Of a stretch of 64,000 nucleotides of DNA, positions 38,029-47,561 are shown one piece after another. Source of the stretch: Candidatus Gottesmanbacteria bacterium (lineage in GTDB: Bacteria > Patescibacteriota > Microgenomatia > UBA10105 > UBA927); the NCBI GenBank assembly GCA_030679255.1, contig JAUXTO010000022.1:64915-128914 (forward strand), read 5' to 3'. Below the pieces are notes generated by a model, which was not told the origin of the DNA, ran no database searches, and saw nothing but the letters and a program-made list of their open reading frames with translations. Within the stretch, counting starts at the first letter, position 1, and each line of letters opens with the position of its first letter. A program made the translations under genes and the position numbers.

Positions 38029-38481
38029 TTAGACTTTTGGACTTTTGACTAATGTTCTGTGCAATTGTTTCAGTCTGCGTACGCAAAATTCCGCGAGCCA
38101 ACGCCACGAACTCGTGACGCTTTGCTTGAGTCCTAACGCAATCTGATCGTCCGTAAGCGGCAAGGTCACGGGCGGAGCCACCGGCACCACTGCGTCCCCG
38201 ATCGCCTTCACGCCCATTTGCGCGACAGGCTGCGGCAGTTGCACCGTCGTGGGCTGCGTGGACACTCCTGCTGCCGCTACTTCCTTCGGAAGTTCCATCT
38301 CTTTGCCCGTTAGGTCTTTAAGTCCCGGCTCTTCACGTCCCAATCCTCCTACTTCGAATTCTTTCCCACTAATACTTCTACCCGATTGCCCACCCATTGA
38401 TTGAATTGGGCTAATTTGATTATTGGTAGTATTGGTAATATTTGTAGTATTGGTAGTATTGTCAGCAGATGAGCCATCCAT
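38029..38481 (-). CDS. hypothetical protein with N-terminal (TTN)n low-complexity segment
   Basis: ADNTTNTTNITNTTN is encoded by an (AATACTACC)n repeat. P/V/A-rich middle region. Confidence 0.35.
   Translation of the reverse strand: MDGSSADNTTNTTNITNTTNNQISPIQSMGGQSGRSISGKEFEVGGLGREEPGLKDLTGKEMELPKEVAAAGVSTQPTTVQLPQPVAQMGVKAIGDAVVPVAPPVTLPLTDDQIALGLKQSVTSSWRWLAEFCVRRLKQLHRTLVKSPKV
38422..38461. repeat. (GGTAGTATT)n tandem repeat inside ORF 38029-38481
   Basis: See 17084-17131. Confidence 0.65.
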
Positions 38482-38493
38482 ACTTTTATCATA

Positions 38494-40488
38494 TCACGAA
38501 GCATACGCAAAAATGACTGCGTGTTGAGGTAATAGATTCTTTCTTTTTTTCATTTGACGATTGGTAGTATTGGTAGTATTGGTAGTATTTTGCGCCCCCT
38601 GCTCCCGCAGTGCCGTTAAATAGTGAATAATCGACAAAAGTACCCACGGTGTCTCTTCTTTGTCTTGCAAGACATCGTCTTGCGAAGCTAGACGATGTCT
38701 TATGAAAGTACTCTTTGACGTACCGGCTTCTTTTCGACCAAGAATCATCCACACCATCCACGCAAACCGTACTCCGACAAAAACCATGCGCTCTTGCAAT
38801 CGCACATCCTCAGCAAAACCAGGCTTTGCTCTTCGAAAGCCCGGCTTTCGTAACACACGTTTTTCCTTTTCGCTTCGCGAGGCACTTCCTTGCGAAGCAA
38901 ACTTTGCAAATTCCGTATCTGCCACCGCTAACTTCACCCAAACTATTTTTTCGCGTCTTGGCATTCGCATCCGGTCAAGAGTCCGTTCCGCTCTCCGTAT
39001 CATCTGGTACAATTTTCTTATCTGTTGTTTTTCCCGCTTTTCCAAAATTATCGGTGTCAATAATTCTGCGGCCGCAACTTTTTTGATCCCTTTCTCCATG
39101 TTCATTTTTCTTCTCTCTTTCCGTTTACGCTTATCGCGATCATTGAAAGTAAAAATACGACCTTCGGCCGTCACCTCCAGATGCAGCTTCAACCGCTTCC
39201 TCCTCGCCTTCAGTTCTTTTGTCTCCCAGCTTCGCAAGACCACCTCTTGCGAAGCTAAACGATTCTTTTTTACTTCCCGTTTTGCTTTCCGTAATTCCTT
39301 ATTCTTTCTTCTTAATTCTTTTTTCGCGTGCCGTGCGATACTCTTTTCTACCGCCCGGACCGGTGTGGGCAATTGTTCTGCAATCCGGGCCAGAAGTACC
39401 GGCGCCGCATGCATGGCAAGGCCGGTCTCGGCTATCACGGATAGTGCCCGCGCGTCTCTTTGCATTTGAACATGACGCTTGGCAGTCAACTCAACGACGC
39501 TCACTGGCTTCTCACGGATTTTTGCTAACGTTATGCGCTCGGATGGTTGCCCTCTCCGGCCCTCAAGGACATTCGCTCGTTTCACTACTCCCTCCCCGTG
39601 CATCTCCCTCTGTATCTTTTTACTGCGCAAATAAACCGCCACATCTCTGACCGTTTCGCGCGTATCGTGAAGCACTCTTGATGAAATATCGGTCAACATA
39701 TCCTGGCGGTAATTCTCTTGTGTACTTGCTTGTTTTTGTTGGCGTTCCTGCGGCACCTCTTCTGGCAGACGCGAGTAGGTTTCCTGATGCGACCGGTGAA
39801 TCTTCGTCACCATTGCGTTTTTGATCTCGGCAAAGGAATTGTTTGCATTGGATTGAATTGCCAACACAAATGCTTGTTTTTGGTGCGCGTGCTGATGAAA
39901 CGAAACACTATCTTGCTGTTCAAACGCAGTAAATGACGTACCCGTACGCACATCTTCAATCCGTATATTTTTTCCCAAATCAATTCTTGACCCGTCATAC
40001 CGCGTGGGGTCGGACGCATTCTTCGTCCAAACGGAAAGATAGCGGGACACGATATTGCCGTCCTGATCCAAATGCTGTTCCGGCAAAATAATTTTTTCCG
40101 CGCCCTCAACCGCAAGCCTTGTCGCCTCCCGCAGTGTCGCTGCCTCAAGGGGCGCAGTAGCTTTTATATTCTCCGGCACGAGACTGCTGTATCTCCCTTG
40201 GGTAATATTTGCAGTCATTTCATCCAAACTCACTCCTGTTTCTGTCATCATCTTTCCATCACGAAGTGTGAGCGACCACTGACTTTCCTGTCCTTTTTGT
40301 TCCTGGATCCAACTCCGTATATCTGCGCGCAGATATTGCCGCGCTGTTTCTTCGCCAAGCGTAGCCACGTTCTCCGCGTAGGTTGCGTGAGCGAGTGCAT
40401 TATTCCAACTGTGTCCGCCTTCATCCCCGGCGAGGGCAAATTCTGCCATATCAGAGGATTGCCTCCATCCCTGTCTCCCACGGCGCAA
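38494..40488 (-). CDS. large hypothetical protein with basic K/R-rich C-terminal half
   Basis: 664-aa ORF downstream of the VirB4-like gene. Contains TTNTTN and KPGF repeat segments. Confidence 0.4.
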   Translation of the reverse strand: MRRGRQGWRQSSDMAEFALAGDEGGHSWNNALAHATYAENVATLGEETARQYLRADIRSWIQEQKGQESQWSLTLRDGKMMTETGVSLDEMTANITQGRYSSLVPENIKATAPLEAATLREATRLAVEGAEKIILPEQHLDQDGNIVSRYLSVWTKNASDPTRYDGSRIDLGKNIRIEDVRTGTSFTAFEQQDSVSFHQHAHQKQAFVLAIQSNANNSFAEIKNAMVTKIHRSHQETYSRLPEEVPQERQQKQASTQENYRQDMLTDISSRVLHDTRETVRDVAVYLRSKKIQREMHGEGVVKRANVLEGRRGQPSERITLAKIREKPVSVVELTAKRHVQMQRDARALSVIAETGLAMHAAPVLLARIAEQLPTPVRAVEKSIARHAKKELRRKNKELRKAKREVKKNRLASQEVVLRSWETKELKARRKRLKLHLEVTAEGRIFTFNDRDKRKRKERRKMNMEKGIKKVAAAELLTPIILEKREKQQIRKLYQMIRRAERTLDRMRMPRREKIVWVKLAVADTEFAKFASQGSASRSEKEKRVLRKPGFRRAKPGFAEDVRLQERMVFVGVRFAWMVWMILGRKEAGTSKSTFIRHRLASQDDVLQDKEETPWVLLSIIHYLTALREQGAQNTTNTTNTTNRQMKKRKNLLPQHAVIFAYAS
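38561..38590. repeat. (GGTAGTATT)n tandem repeat inside ORF 38494-40488
   Basis: See 17084-17131. Confidence 0.65.
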
Positions 40489-40921
40489 AGCCGTTTGCTT
40501 TATAGAACGCTATCGCGTTCGTGTTGTTGGTATAGGCGGAAACATAGATCCGCTCGACGCGCCTAGACTTCAGCCATATTTTAATTTTTTCGATAAGCGC
40601 ACGCCCCACTCCCTGTTTTCGTGCCGTCGGGACGATATACATGTTCTCGAGTTCCCCGGTTTTCACCATCCGGTACCGCCATTTGTTGACCATCGAGGCA
40701 ATGATGTACCCCACCGGATTATTATTATCGTCCTCGGCAATGAACACAATTTTCCCGGAATCCATGAGGGATTTCATGTAATACTCAACGCCTGCGACGC
40801 TTACCGGCCAATGGGTATCAAGCGCTGCATCGTTTTTCTGATCTTCCGCAAAAAGCGCGGCATTGAGCGCCTGGATGAGAGAAAAGTCCTTTTCTGTCGC
40901 CTGTCGTATCGTGAATTCCAT
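40451..40921 (-). CDS. GNAT-family N-acetyltransferase
   Basis: PVGYIIASMV...ARKQGVGRALIEKI (motif A) ... AFYKANGF. Confidence 0.7.
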   Translation of the reverse strand: MEFTIRQATEKDFSLIQALNAALFAEDQKNDAALDTHWPVSVAGVEYYMKSLMDSGKIVFIAEDDNNNPVGYIIASMVNKWRYRMVKTGELENMYIVPTARKQGVGRALIEKIKIWLKSRRVERIYVSAYTNNTNAIAFYKANGFAPWETGMEAIL

Positions 40922-41137
40922 AAAAAATCCTCTCACCTGAGAGGATCCATAAGTTACCTGACTTCAGTATTCAATCTTCCAACCGTCTGGCGACTGATTA
41001 CTGACGACTTTTGTGAATTCCTGCTCGGGATTGCAAAAAAATAAAGAGTTCCGGACTTTACCGTTGCGGCACAGTGGCTGATTTACGCAGCCTTCCTCTT
41101 TGTCTCACCGTATTGAATCATTGTACCATTATTTCAT

Positions 41138-41752
41138 TCATTGGTCGGATTTTTTCGTCCCCCGCCAAACCACTTCTTCCACGTTCTCCTGTTTGTTTAT
41201 AAACCGGGCGAGAACAAAAAACAAGTCCGAAAGCCGATTGAGATACTTTATGATGACCGGATCAATGGATTGTTTCTGTGATAACGCAACCGTTTGCCGT
41301 TCAACACGCCTACAAATCGCCCGGGCAATATGGGTCCGGGCGCCAATCGCCGCTCCGCCTGGTAAAATAAAATTTCTAATCGGCATCAGGTCTTTTTCCA
41401 TCATATCTATGCGCGTCTCCATTTCTTTTGTCCGCGGCTCAAGATCGGCTAAGTGTCCTTTCCCGCCTGCAACGCTATGCGTACCCGCCTGCAGCGATGC
41501 AGCAGCTTCGGGCAGGGCATTGCGGGCAGGCCATCCGGCGAGTGTACTTCCTATGGTGAAGACGTCTGATTGGATCAATTGGAGAAATTGTGATACATCA
41601 GGAACGGAAAATTCCGCAGCGATTAGCCCAATCCAGGAATTCAACTCATCCAGCGACCCGTACACTTCCACGAGCTCCTCGCATTTGAGTACGCGCTTCC
41701 CGCCAAACAGTGATGTGGAGCCGGTATCCCCGGTACGAGTGTAGATGGACAT
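41138..41752 (-). CDS. ATP:cob(I)alamin adenosyltransferase, PduO-type
   Basis: MSIYTRTGDTGSTSLFGGKRV...VEVYGSLDELNS matches the PduO/MMAB N-terminal signature. Confidence 0.85.
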   Translation of the reverse strand: MSIYTRTGDTGSTSLFGGKRVLKCEELVEVYGSLDELNSWIGLIAAEFSVPDVSQFLQLIQSDVFTIGSTLAGWPARNALPEAAASLQAGTHSVAGGKGHLADLEPRTKEMETRIDMMEKDLMPIRNFILPGGAAIGARTHIARAICRRVERQTVALSQKQSIDPVIIKYLNRLSDLFFVLARFINKQENVEEVVWRGTKKSDQ

Positions 41753-41866
41753 AGGGAATAAACGAATCGAATTTCAATAAACGAATAAACTAATAAACAA
41801 ATAAAATATACAAATAATCCATTCGTTTATTCTATTATTGGATTATTCACTTATTCGTTTATTATT

Positions 41867-44383
41867 CTAGCATTCTGAATAGCCGCATGAGTAGCACTTC
41901 TTGCAACTTTCTTCAAACACCAAGCTCCCCTCACCGCAGCTCGGGCAGAGGTCGACCGTCACCACGCGCTCCTGGGCTACCGCCCGCTGGTAGGACGCGA
42001 CATCCACGGATTGCTCTTTATCTCCATCAACCTCCATTTTTGGTTCCGGCGTGTGACCGTTTCCGTTGGATGTTCCATTGGCAAGTGTTGCCGTCATCGC
42101 AGCGCCACCTGTGGTGAGCGGAGTCGAACCATTACCATTGAACGCATGAGACGCAATCACGTCTCCTCCTGCGCTCTTCGATTCATCCGTCAACCGGTGC
42201 TTGGTAAAAAATCCAAAATGACGGTCGATGACTTTGGCAACTGCGTCGGGCAGACTCCGCACCCGATTTTCCCCAAAGCCGAGGCTCCGCGCTCCCCCGA
42301 TGCCGATGAGTTCCGCGGCCACTTTATGCGCGCGTTCGATTGGAGAGACGGGTGAAGCGATCCGGAATATAAGGGAAATAAGCCGGCCCATGGCCTCAGC
42401 CATCGCCGTCACATCGCTGCCTGCTTTGCCGATATTCATAAAAAGTTCGAGCGGCTGCCGTCCGCCATTGGTGTTTATCGTCACATAGGCCTGGCCCACC
42501 GGTGTTTCTACCTGATACGTCGAACCGTGTACGACCATCGGACGGGGTTTAATTTCCGGCACATACTGACCCGCGACTTTTACTTCATTTTCCCCACCGG
42601 ATACCGCAGCAGGCTTCTCTTCTATCCGCTCCAATACCCCCTGCCTGCTCCCCTCCCGCATGTACGCGATCCCTTTGCACCCTAATTCATACGCGAGTGT
42701 ATACAGACGCTTCACATCCTCGACCGTATGCGTTTTTGGGGCATTGACCGTTTTGCTGATTGAAGCGTCCACATGCTTCTGTATTGCCGCCTGGACATAG
42801 ACGTGATCCTCAGGAGTGAGGTCATTAGCGGACACAAAATAATCCGGCCGGTCTGCTTTCGTGGGTTCACGCCCATTACTCGCGCTAAACTGGGCATACC
42901 ACGCGTCGTACAAAGGGTGACGTATGACATGCTCGCCCAACCGGTCATGGCGTTTGAATTCAAACTCATACACCGGCTCGATGCCGGAGCTCACGCCCGC
43001 CATAAGTGATGTACTCCCGGTCGGCGCTTGCTGAAGGATGACGGAATTGCGCACTCCGTGCTTTTTCATGTTCTTTCGGATCTCTTCGGGAAGTTGCTTG
43101 ATGAAGTATCCTTCCAAATGTTTTTTTATGTCGATGCCGGGAAATGCACCCTTTTCTGCGGCAAGGGCGACCGACGATTCGTACGCCGCATCCCGGATAG
43201 TCCGGTATATCTTGTCAATGACCGCCAAACTTTCTTTCGAGCCATACCGGAGCTTCATTTTGATAAGTGCATCCCCCAGTCCCATGGTCCCCAATCCAAT
43301 CCTGCGCTCTCCATCCACCTGACGTTTTTTTATTTCCGGAAATATATACACATCAGCATCGATGACGTTATCCTGAAACCGGACCCCGACTTTGGCAATT
43401 TCAGTCAATCTTTCATAATCCATCTCTCCGTCGTCACTCACCAACGCCGCAAGATTAATCGAGGTGAGGTTACAAACGCCCCAATTTGGAAGTCCCTCTT
43501 CACCACATGGGTTAACGCAATTCACGTATTCCCAATAATAATTGTTAAACCATTTGTTATACCGCTCCATGAAGACAACCCCTGGTTCGGCGCTCTGCCA
43601 AGCGGCTTTTGCAATGAGATCCCACAGCGCCCGGGCTTTTATTGTCTTTTGGACAATAACCTTTTTACCGAGCTTCAACCAGTTAGGAAGATACCCATCC
43701 CATTTTTCATCATACTCCGGATCACTTTTGTCCGGAAATACGAGGTCCCAGTCGGCATCGATTTTGACCGCATCCATAAACTTATCAGAGACACATACAG
43801 AAAGATTTGCGCCGTTGATACGGGCAAGGTCCTGTTTGACGGTGATAAACTCCTCGACATCCGGATGCCAATCCCACAACATTAACATTAAAGCCCCGCG
43901 CCGACTCCCCCCTTGTTGGATGATGTCCCGGGTCGTAACGGAAAAAAGTTCTGCCCAGTTGATGGGCCCAGAAGAAAAACCATTCACTTTTTTCACGCGC
44001 GAACCGCGTGGCCGCAAACTTGAAAGATTTATTCCCACTCCCCCGCCGCGGGACATGATCTCGACCATTTGAGACAGTGTCGCGAGTATCCCCTGCCGGG
44101 AATCTTTTGGACTCGGGATGACGAAGCAGTTATAAAACGTAACTTTGTATCCGGTACCGGCACCGGAAAGGATACGGCCACCGGGAATCAATACAAAATC
44201 TTTCATTGCGCGGTAGTACGCCTCTTCCCAAAGCTCCCGCTTGGTCTTAGATTCAACGCCTGCGATGGCGTGGGCCACCCGACGCCACATCTCCTCCGGC
44301 GTTTTTTCCGTGGGACTTCCCGCCTCATCTTTGAGCGCGTATCGGTCGAGAAATACTTTTTGTCTGATGCCGGTGAGATCCAT
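41867..44383 (-). CDS. nrdJ: class II (adenosylcobalamin-dependent) ribonucleotide reductase
   Basis: 838 aa; NPCGEEGLPNWGVCNLTSINL active-site region; C-terminal Cys-rich zinc ribbon CPSCGEG...CKKCYSCG. Co-located with the B12 adenosyltransferase and NrdR. Confidence 0.9.
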   Translation of the reverse strand: MDLTGIRQKVFLDRYALKDEAGSPTEKTPEEMWRRVAHAIAGVESKTKRELWEEAYYRAMKDFVLIPGGRILSGAGTGYKVTFYNCFVIPSPKDSRQGILATLSQMVEIMSRGGGVGINLSSLRPRGSRVKKVNGFSSGPINWAELFSVTTRDIIQQGGSRRGALMLMLWDWHPDVEEFITVKQDLARINGANLSVCVSDKFMDAVKIDADWDLVFPDKSDPEYDEKWDGYLPNWLKLGKKVIVQKTIKARALWDLIAKAAWQSAEPGVVFMERYNKWFNNYYWEYVNCVNPCGEEGLPNWGVCNLTSINLAALVSDDGEMDYERLTEIAKVGVRFQDNVIDADVYIFPEIKKRQVDGERRIGLGTMGLGDALIKMKLRYGSKESLAVIDKIYRTIRDAAYESSVALAAEKGAFPGIDIKKHLEGYFIKQLPEEIRKNMKKHGVRNSVILQQAPTGSTSLMAGVSSGIEPVYEFEFKRHDRLGEHVIRHPLYDAWYAQFSASNGREPTKADRPDYFVSANDLTPEDHVYVQAAIQKHVDASISKTVNAPKTHTVEDVKRLYTLAYELGCKGIAYMREGSRQGVLERIEEKPAAVSGGENEVKVAGQYVPEIKPRPMVVHGSTYQVETPVGQAYVTINTNGGRQPLELFMNIGKAGSDVTAMAEAMGRLISLIFRIASPVSPIERAHKVAAELIGIGGARSLGFGENRVRSLPDAVAKVIDRHFGFFTKHRLTDESKSAGGDVIASHAFNGNGSTPLTTGGAAMTATLANGTSNGNGHTPEPKMEVDGDKEQSVDVASYQRAVAQERVVTVDLCPSCGEGSLVFEESCKKCYSCGYSEC

Positions 44384-44384
44384 A

Positions 44385-44831
44385 TTATAAAAGTTTTTTC
44401 ACTTCCCTCTCAAAATCCTCTACGTCCACAAACTGCCGGAATACGCTCGCAAAGCGAATATACGCTACTTTATCCAGTTTTTTCAAGCGCCGGGCCACAA
44501 GCTCCCCTATTTTCTTACTGGATATTTCCGTTGTGTCTCCGCCGATAAGCTCACGTTCGACCTCATCCACAATCCGATCCACATCTTCGGCTTTTACCGT
44601 CGTCTTGCCGCTAGAGCGCACAATGCCGCGCTTTAGTTTTTCCCGGTCAAACGATTCACGCCGATCGTCTTTTTTGATGACCGTCAAAGGCACCGACTCA
44701 ATCCGTTCGTACGTCGTAAACCGCTTCTCACACTTGGCACAGCTCCTCCGGCGTCGGGTCACGGCCAAATCTTCGCTATCGCGTGTTTCCAAAACCTCAG
44801 TTTCTTCGTGATTGCAGTATGGACACTTCAT
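44385..44831 (-). CDS. nrdR: transcriptional repressor NrdR
   Basis: MKCPYCNHEETEVLETR zinc ribbon plus ATP-cone; 148 aa. Confidence 0.9.
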   Translation of the reverse strand: MKCPYCNHEETEVLETRDSEDLAVTRRRRSCAKCEKRFTTYERIESVPLTVIKKDDRRESFDREKLKRGIVRSSGKTTVKAEDVDRIVDEVERELIGGDTTEISSKKIGELVARRLKKLDKVAYIRFASVFRQFVDVEDFEREVKKLL

Positions 44832-44837
44832 GAAATC

Positions 44838-44892
44838 TCAAACACTATCAGTGGGGCACGTGACTCTCCTCACCCACTATATGAAGAGTTCA
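44838..44892 (-). promoter_or_regulatory. two candidate NrdR boxes upstream of nrdR
   Basis: Near-palindromes ACACTATCAGTG (44842-44853) and CCACTATATG (44873-44883) resemble the NrdR-box consensus acaCwAtATaTwGtgt. Centres are ~31 bp apart, as is typical. Confidence 0.4.
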
Positions 44893-45070
44893 GAGAGACG
44901 TCAACTGGTAATTTCTAGATCAAAGAGAGTCAACATTTTCCATCAGCCTCAAAAGAAAAAATTTGAGGAAAAAGTACGGGGTTTATGACGTGCAACAAGA
45001 GATATATGTATTAATTGTGTTCAATGTATTTCCGATTGGTCGGATTGACTTAATCGTTGGATTGGTCGGA

Positions 45071-45670
45071 TTACTTTAATTTCTCCACTTCTCCCTGTAG
45101 TTTCTTAACAAATTCAAACGATCCGGTCAACCCCAATTGCACCGGCCCTGTCGTGTCGGCAATCATCTCTGTCATCACTTCTCTATGCTTTTCCATAGAT
45201 CGAACTAATTTGTCCGTCATGGCCGCCGGCGCCGGACGCCCAATGGATTTATACGCCGCGAGCGTGCTGACCGCGCGCTCCATGTATTTTTCTCCTTTGG
45301 AGATTACCTCCTCGGCGAGCGTCCCCTTCCCCTGCTCAATCAATACTTTTCCCATATTCAAGCGTTTGTCCGCCTGAAGGACAAGAAATTCGGCCTTCCG
45401 TAACGGATCTACGATTAACCGGTCCATGATCCCGTCACGGATTTGTTTCAGGAAATAGAGCGGATGATCCGGAAGGATTCCGGGAAATGGAAGTAAGTAC
45501 TCCTGCTTTTTTTCGATCACCGTTGCGGCTTTTATCACAGGCGCAAGGGTCACAACGACAGTCGGTTTCCCAACGGTTTTTGACGAAGGCACTGCGGCAT
45601 ATGCAGGTCGGGAAGTGGCAACAATGAAAAATGTGAGTAATCCAACGAAATACATCATTTTGATTTTCAT
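45071..45670 (-). CDS. secreted/periplasmic hypothetical protein (signal peptide)
   Basis: MKIKMMYFVGLLTFFIVATSRPAYAA signal peptide; RBS AAGGAGG before the internal ATG at 45670. Confidence 0.4.
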   Translation of the reverse strand: MKIKMMYFVGLLTFFIVATSRPAYAAVPSSKTVGKPTVVVTLAPVIKAATVIEKKQEYLLPFPGILPDHPLYFLKQIRDGIMDRLIVDPLRKAEFLVLQADKRLNMGKVLIEQGKGTLAEEVISKGEKYMERAVSTLAAYKSIGRPAPAAMTDKLVRSMEKHREVMTEMIADTTGPVQLGLTGSFEFVKKLQGEVEKLK

Positions 45671-45740
45671 ATGGCCCTCCTTAAATGTATCTCCAGTATA
45701 CGCCCGCATAACCTTTGAATGCAAATAACCCCAAAAGAAT

Positions 45741-47531
45741 TCACTTACTGAGAAGCTCACTCACCCCATTCCAAGACGACGGTTTATGTTTCAGAAACGC
45801 TTTGCATCGGTCAATAATCACGCGGGCAGGCATATCTCCTTTCAAAATCGGATGAGAAAGCACCTCCTTGGCTTCGTGAAATGTTCCCCGTTCGTAAAGC
45901 ATCAGTCCCTTTGCATACTGATCTATTTTTTTCTGCGTTACGGGATCCACGAGTCCGGTGACCCCCACGAGCTCATAGATTACGAGTGGCAACTTTTTCC
46001 CTTTCAAAATGACTGTATCCAATTTTCGAAATACAACCGCGCCCGGGCTTACCCGATTCACTTCATCAAAAAACGATTGAGAGCATGCGATGGGTACCCC
46101 GTATTGTTTCGTGACCCCTTCAAGCCGGGACGCCGTATTGACCGTATCCCCGATTGCCGTATAACTGAGCCGGTTGGACGAACCGACGTTACCGACCAGT
46201 GCGTCCCCGGTATGGAGACCAATGCCGATTGCCAACCGGTCAAACCGATCCATGCCATCCCGTATGGCGATTGCCGCCTTGGCTGTACGCACCGCATGAT
46301 CAACTTGATCCATTGGTGCATTCCAAAAGGCGACGATTGCGTCTCCGATGTATTTATCCACTGTTCCATCGCCATCGAGTATCCGTGTGGTTGCAAAAGA
46401 AAGAAACGTATTTAATAGAGCCACAAGCGCCTTTGGTTCCATGCTCTCGGATAGAGTGGTAAAAGACCGGATATCAGAAAAAAACACGGAAATCCGTCTG
46501 GTTTCCCCACCCAGCGTCAGCCGGTTTGGATGGGCGATGATCGCGTTGACGATATGGGGGCTCAAATATTTCCCAAATGCCTGTGTGACAAACCGTCGTT
46601 TGTGCCATTCAGAGAGATATTCCGCCGCCAACTGGGCGGCATACGTGACGACCAGTCCCACCTCCATATACCAGATATCGATACGCACTCCCCGCGCGTA
46701 TCCCACTATCGCCATGACGACCGGGACCATGCCCCACACGATGAGCAGTAATAATCCCCACACATATTTGAGGCGCCAAAGTACAAAGGCAAACGACATA
46801 AGGAACAACGAGGTCCCTAACAGATACATCATTTTTGACGCCTCGACCAGTGTCCTACCCGATACAAACGTATCGATCGCGTTTATATGAATAAACACGC
46901 CCGGAAGTAACGTATGGGTAAGCGGTGTACGCCGCATGTCCTGCAGAGACGGCGACGTGATGCCCACAAGGACGATCGGCGTGGTCGGTATTTGTTTACC
47001 GGAAAGCACATCAGACGCAGAAAATACCGGAAGCGATTTGGGGTCAAACCGATAATTCACGATCAGTCGGTCTGCGGGACAGAAAACATCGGCATTCCAC
47101 CGTTTAGCGACAGACAGCGCAAATGATCCCGTGCACGGGAACCGACGAACCACTCCGTCCCCGTCTATGTCCACCGTCACATGGGCGTCTTTTGCCGGAA
47201 GGACGACCGACCTTATATCACGAACCGTCATTTGAAACGCCGCATCCGCACGGCTTTCTGTCGGATCGTCAACGACGATATCATATCCGATGACCTTGGG
47301 TTTTCCCTCGGAAATTACCCGGAGAAGTTTCGCTTGGGTCTCCCTTGACCACGGCCAGCGGCCGATGGTCGTCAAGGAAACGTCATCAATTGCGACTAAA
47401 CTTATGGCCGTATTCTTCGTCCGGCTTGCGGTAAACAAAAAATCCGTTGAGCTCCGGCTAACGCTCGCAAACAGTCCCATCCATTGCCCTATCAAGATGA
47501 TGGCAGTCGTCAGAAAAAATATGATCTTCAT
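45741..47531 (-). CDS. CHASE2-sensor class III adenylate/guanylate cyclase
   Basis: N-terminal TM plus CHASE2-like region with three more TM helices. C-terminal cyclase domain RRISVFFSDIRSFTTLSE...DKYIGDAIVAFWNAP. Confidence 0.75.
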   Translation of the reverse strand: MKIIFFLTTAIILIGQWMGLFASVSRSSTDFLFTASRTKNTAISLVAIDDVSLTTIGRWPWSRETQAKLLRVISEGKPKVIGYDIVVDDPTESRADAAFQMTVRDIRSVVLPAKDAHVTVDIDGDGVVRRFPCTGSFALSVAKRWNADVFCPADRLIVNYRFDPKSLPVFSASDVLSGKQIPTTPIVLVGITSPSLQDMRRTPLTHTLLPGVFIHINAIDTFVSGRTLVEASKMMYLLGTSLFLMSFAFVLWRLKYVWGLLLLIVWGMVPVVMAIVGYARGVRIDIWYMEVGLVVTYAAQLAAEYLSEWHKRRFVTQAFGKYLSPHIVNAIIAHPNRLTLGGETRRISVFFSDIRSFTTLSESMEPKALVALLNTFLSFATTRILDGDGTVDKYIGDAIVAFWNAPMDQVDHAVRTAKAAIAIRDGMDRFDRLAIGIGLHTGDALVGNVGSSNRLSYTAIGDTVNTASRLEGVTKQYGVPIACSQSFFDEVNRVSPGAVVFRKLDTVILKGKKLPLVIYELVGVTGLVDPVTQKKIDQYAKGLMLYERGTFHEAKEVLSHPILKGDMPARVIIDRCKAFLKHKPSSWNGVSELLSK

Positions 47532-47561
47532 GGCTTGTTGTAGTATACTACCGCCACTAAT

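Noticed and set aside
17084-38590. CRISPR array interpretation of the GGTAGTATT and TTGGAATTTGGTGCTTGGGATTTG tandem repeats
   Set aside because: The units are 9-24 nt, directly tandem with no unique spacers, lie inside protein-coding genes in frame, and no cas genes are present.
41760-41866. Cobalamin riboswitch in the AT-rich gap between pduO and nrdJ
   Set aside because: The sequence is AT-rich with AATAAACGAAT inverted repeats and lacks the GC-rich B12 box (GCCACUG-like) and overall length of cobalamin riboswitches.
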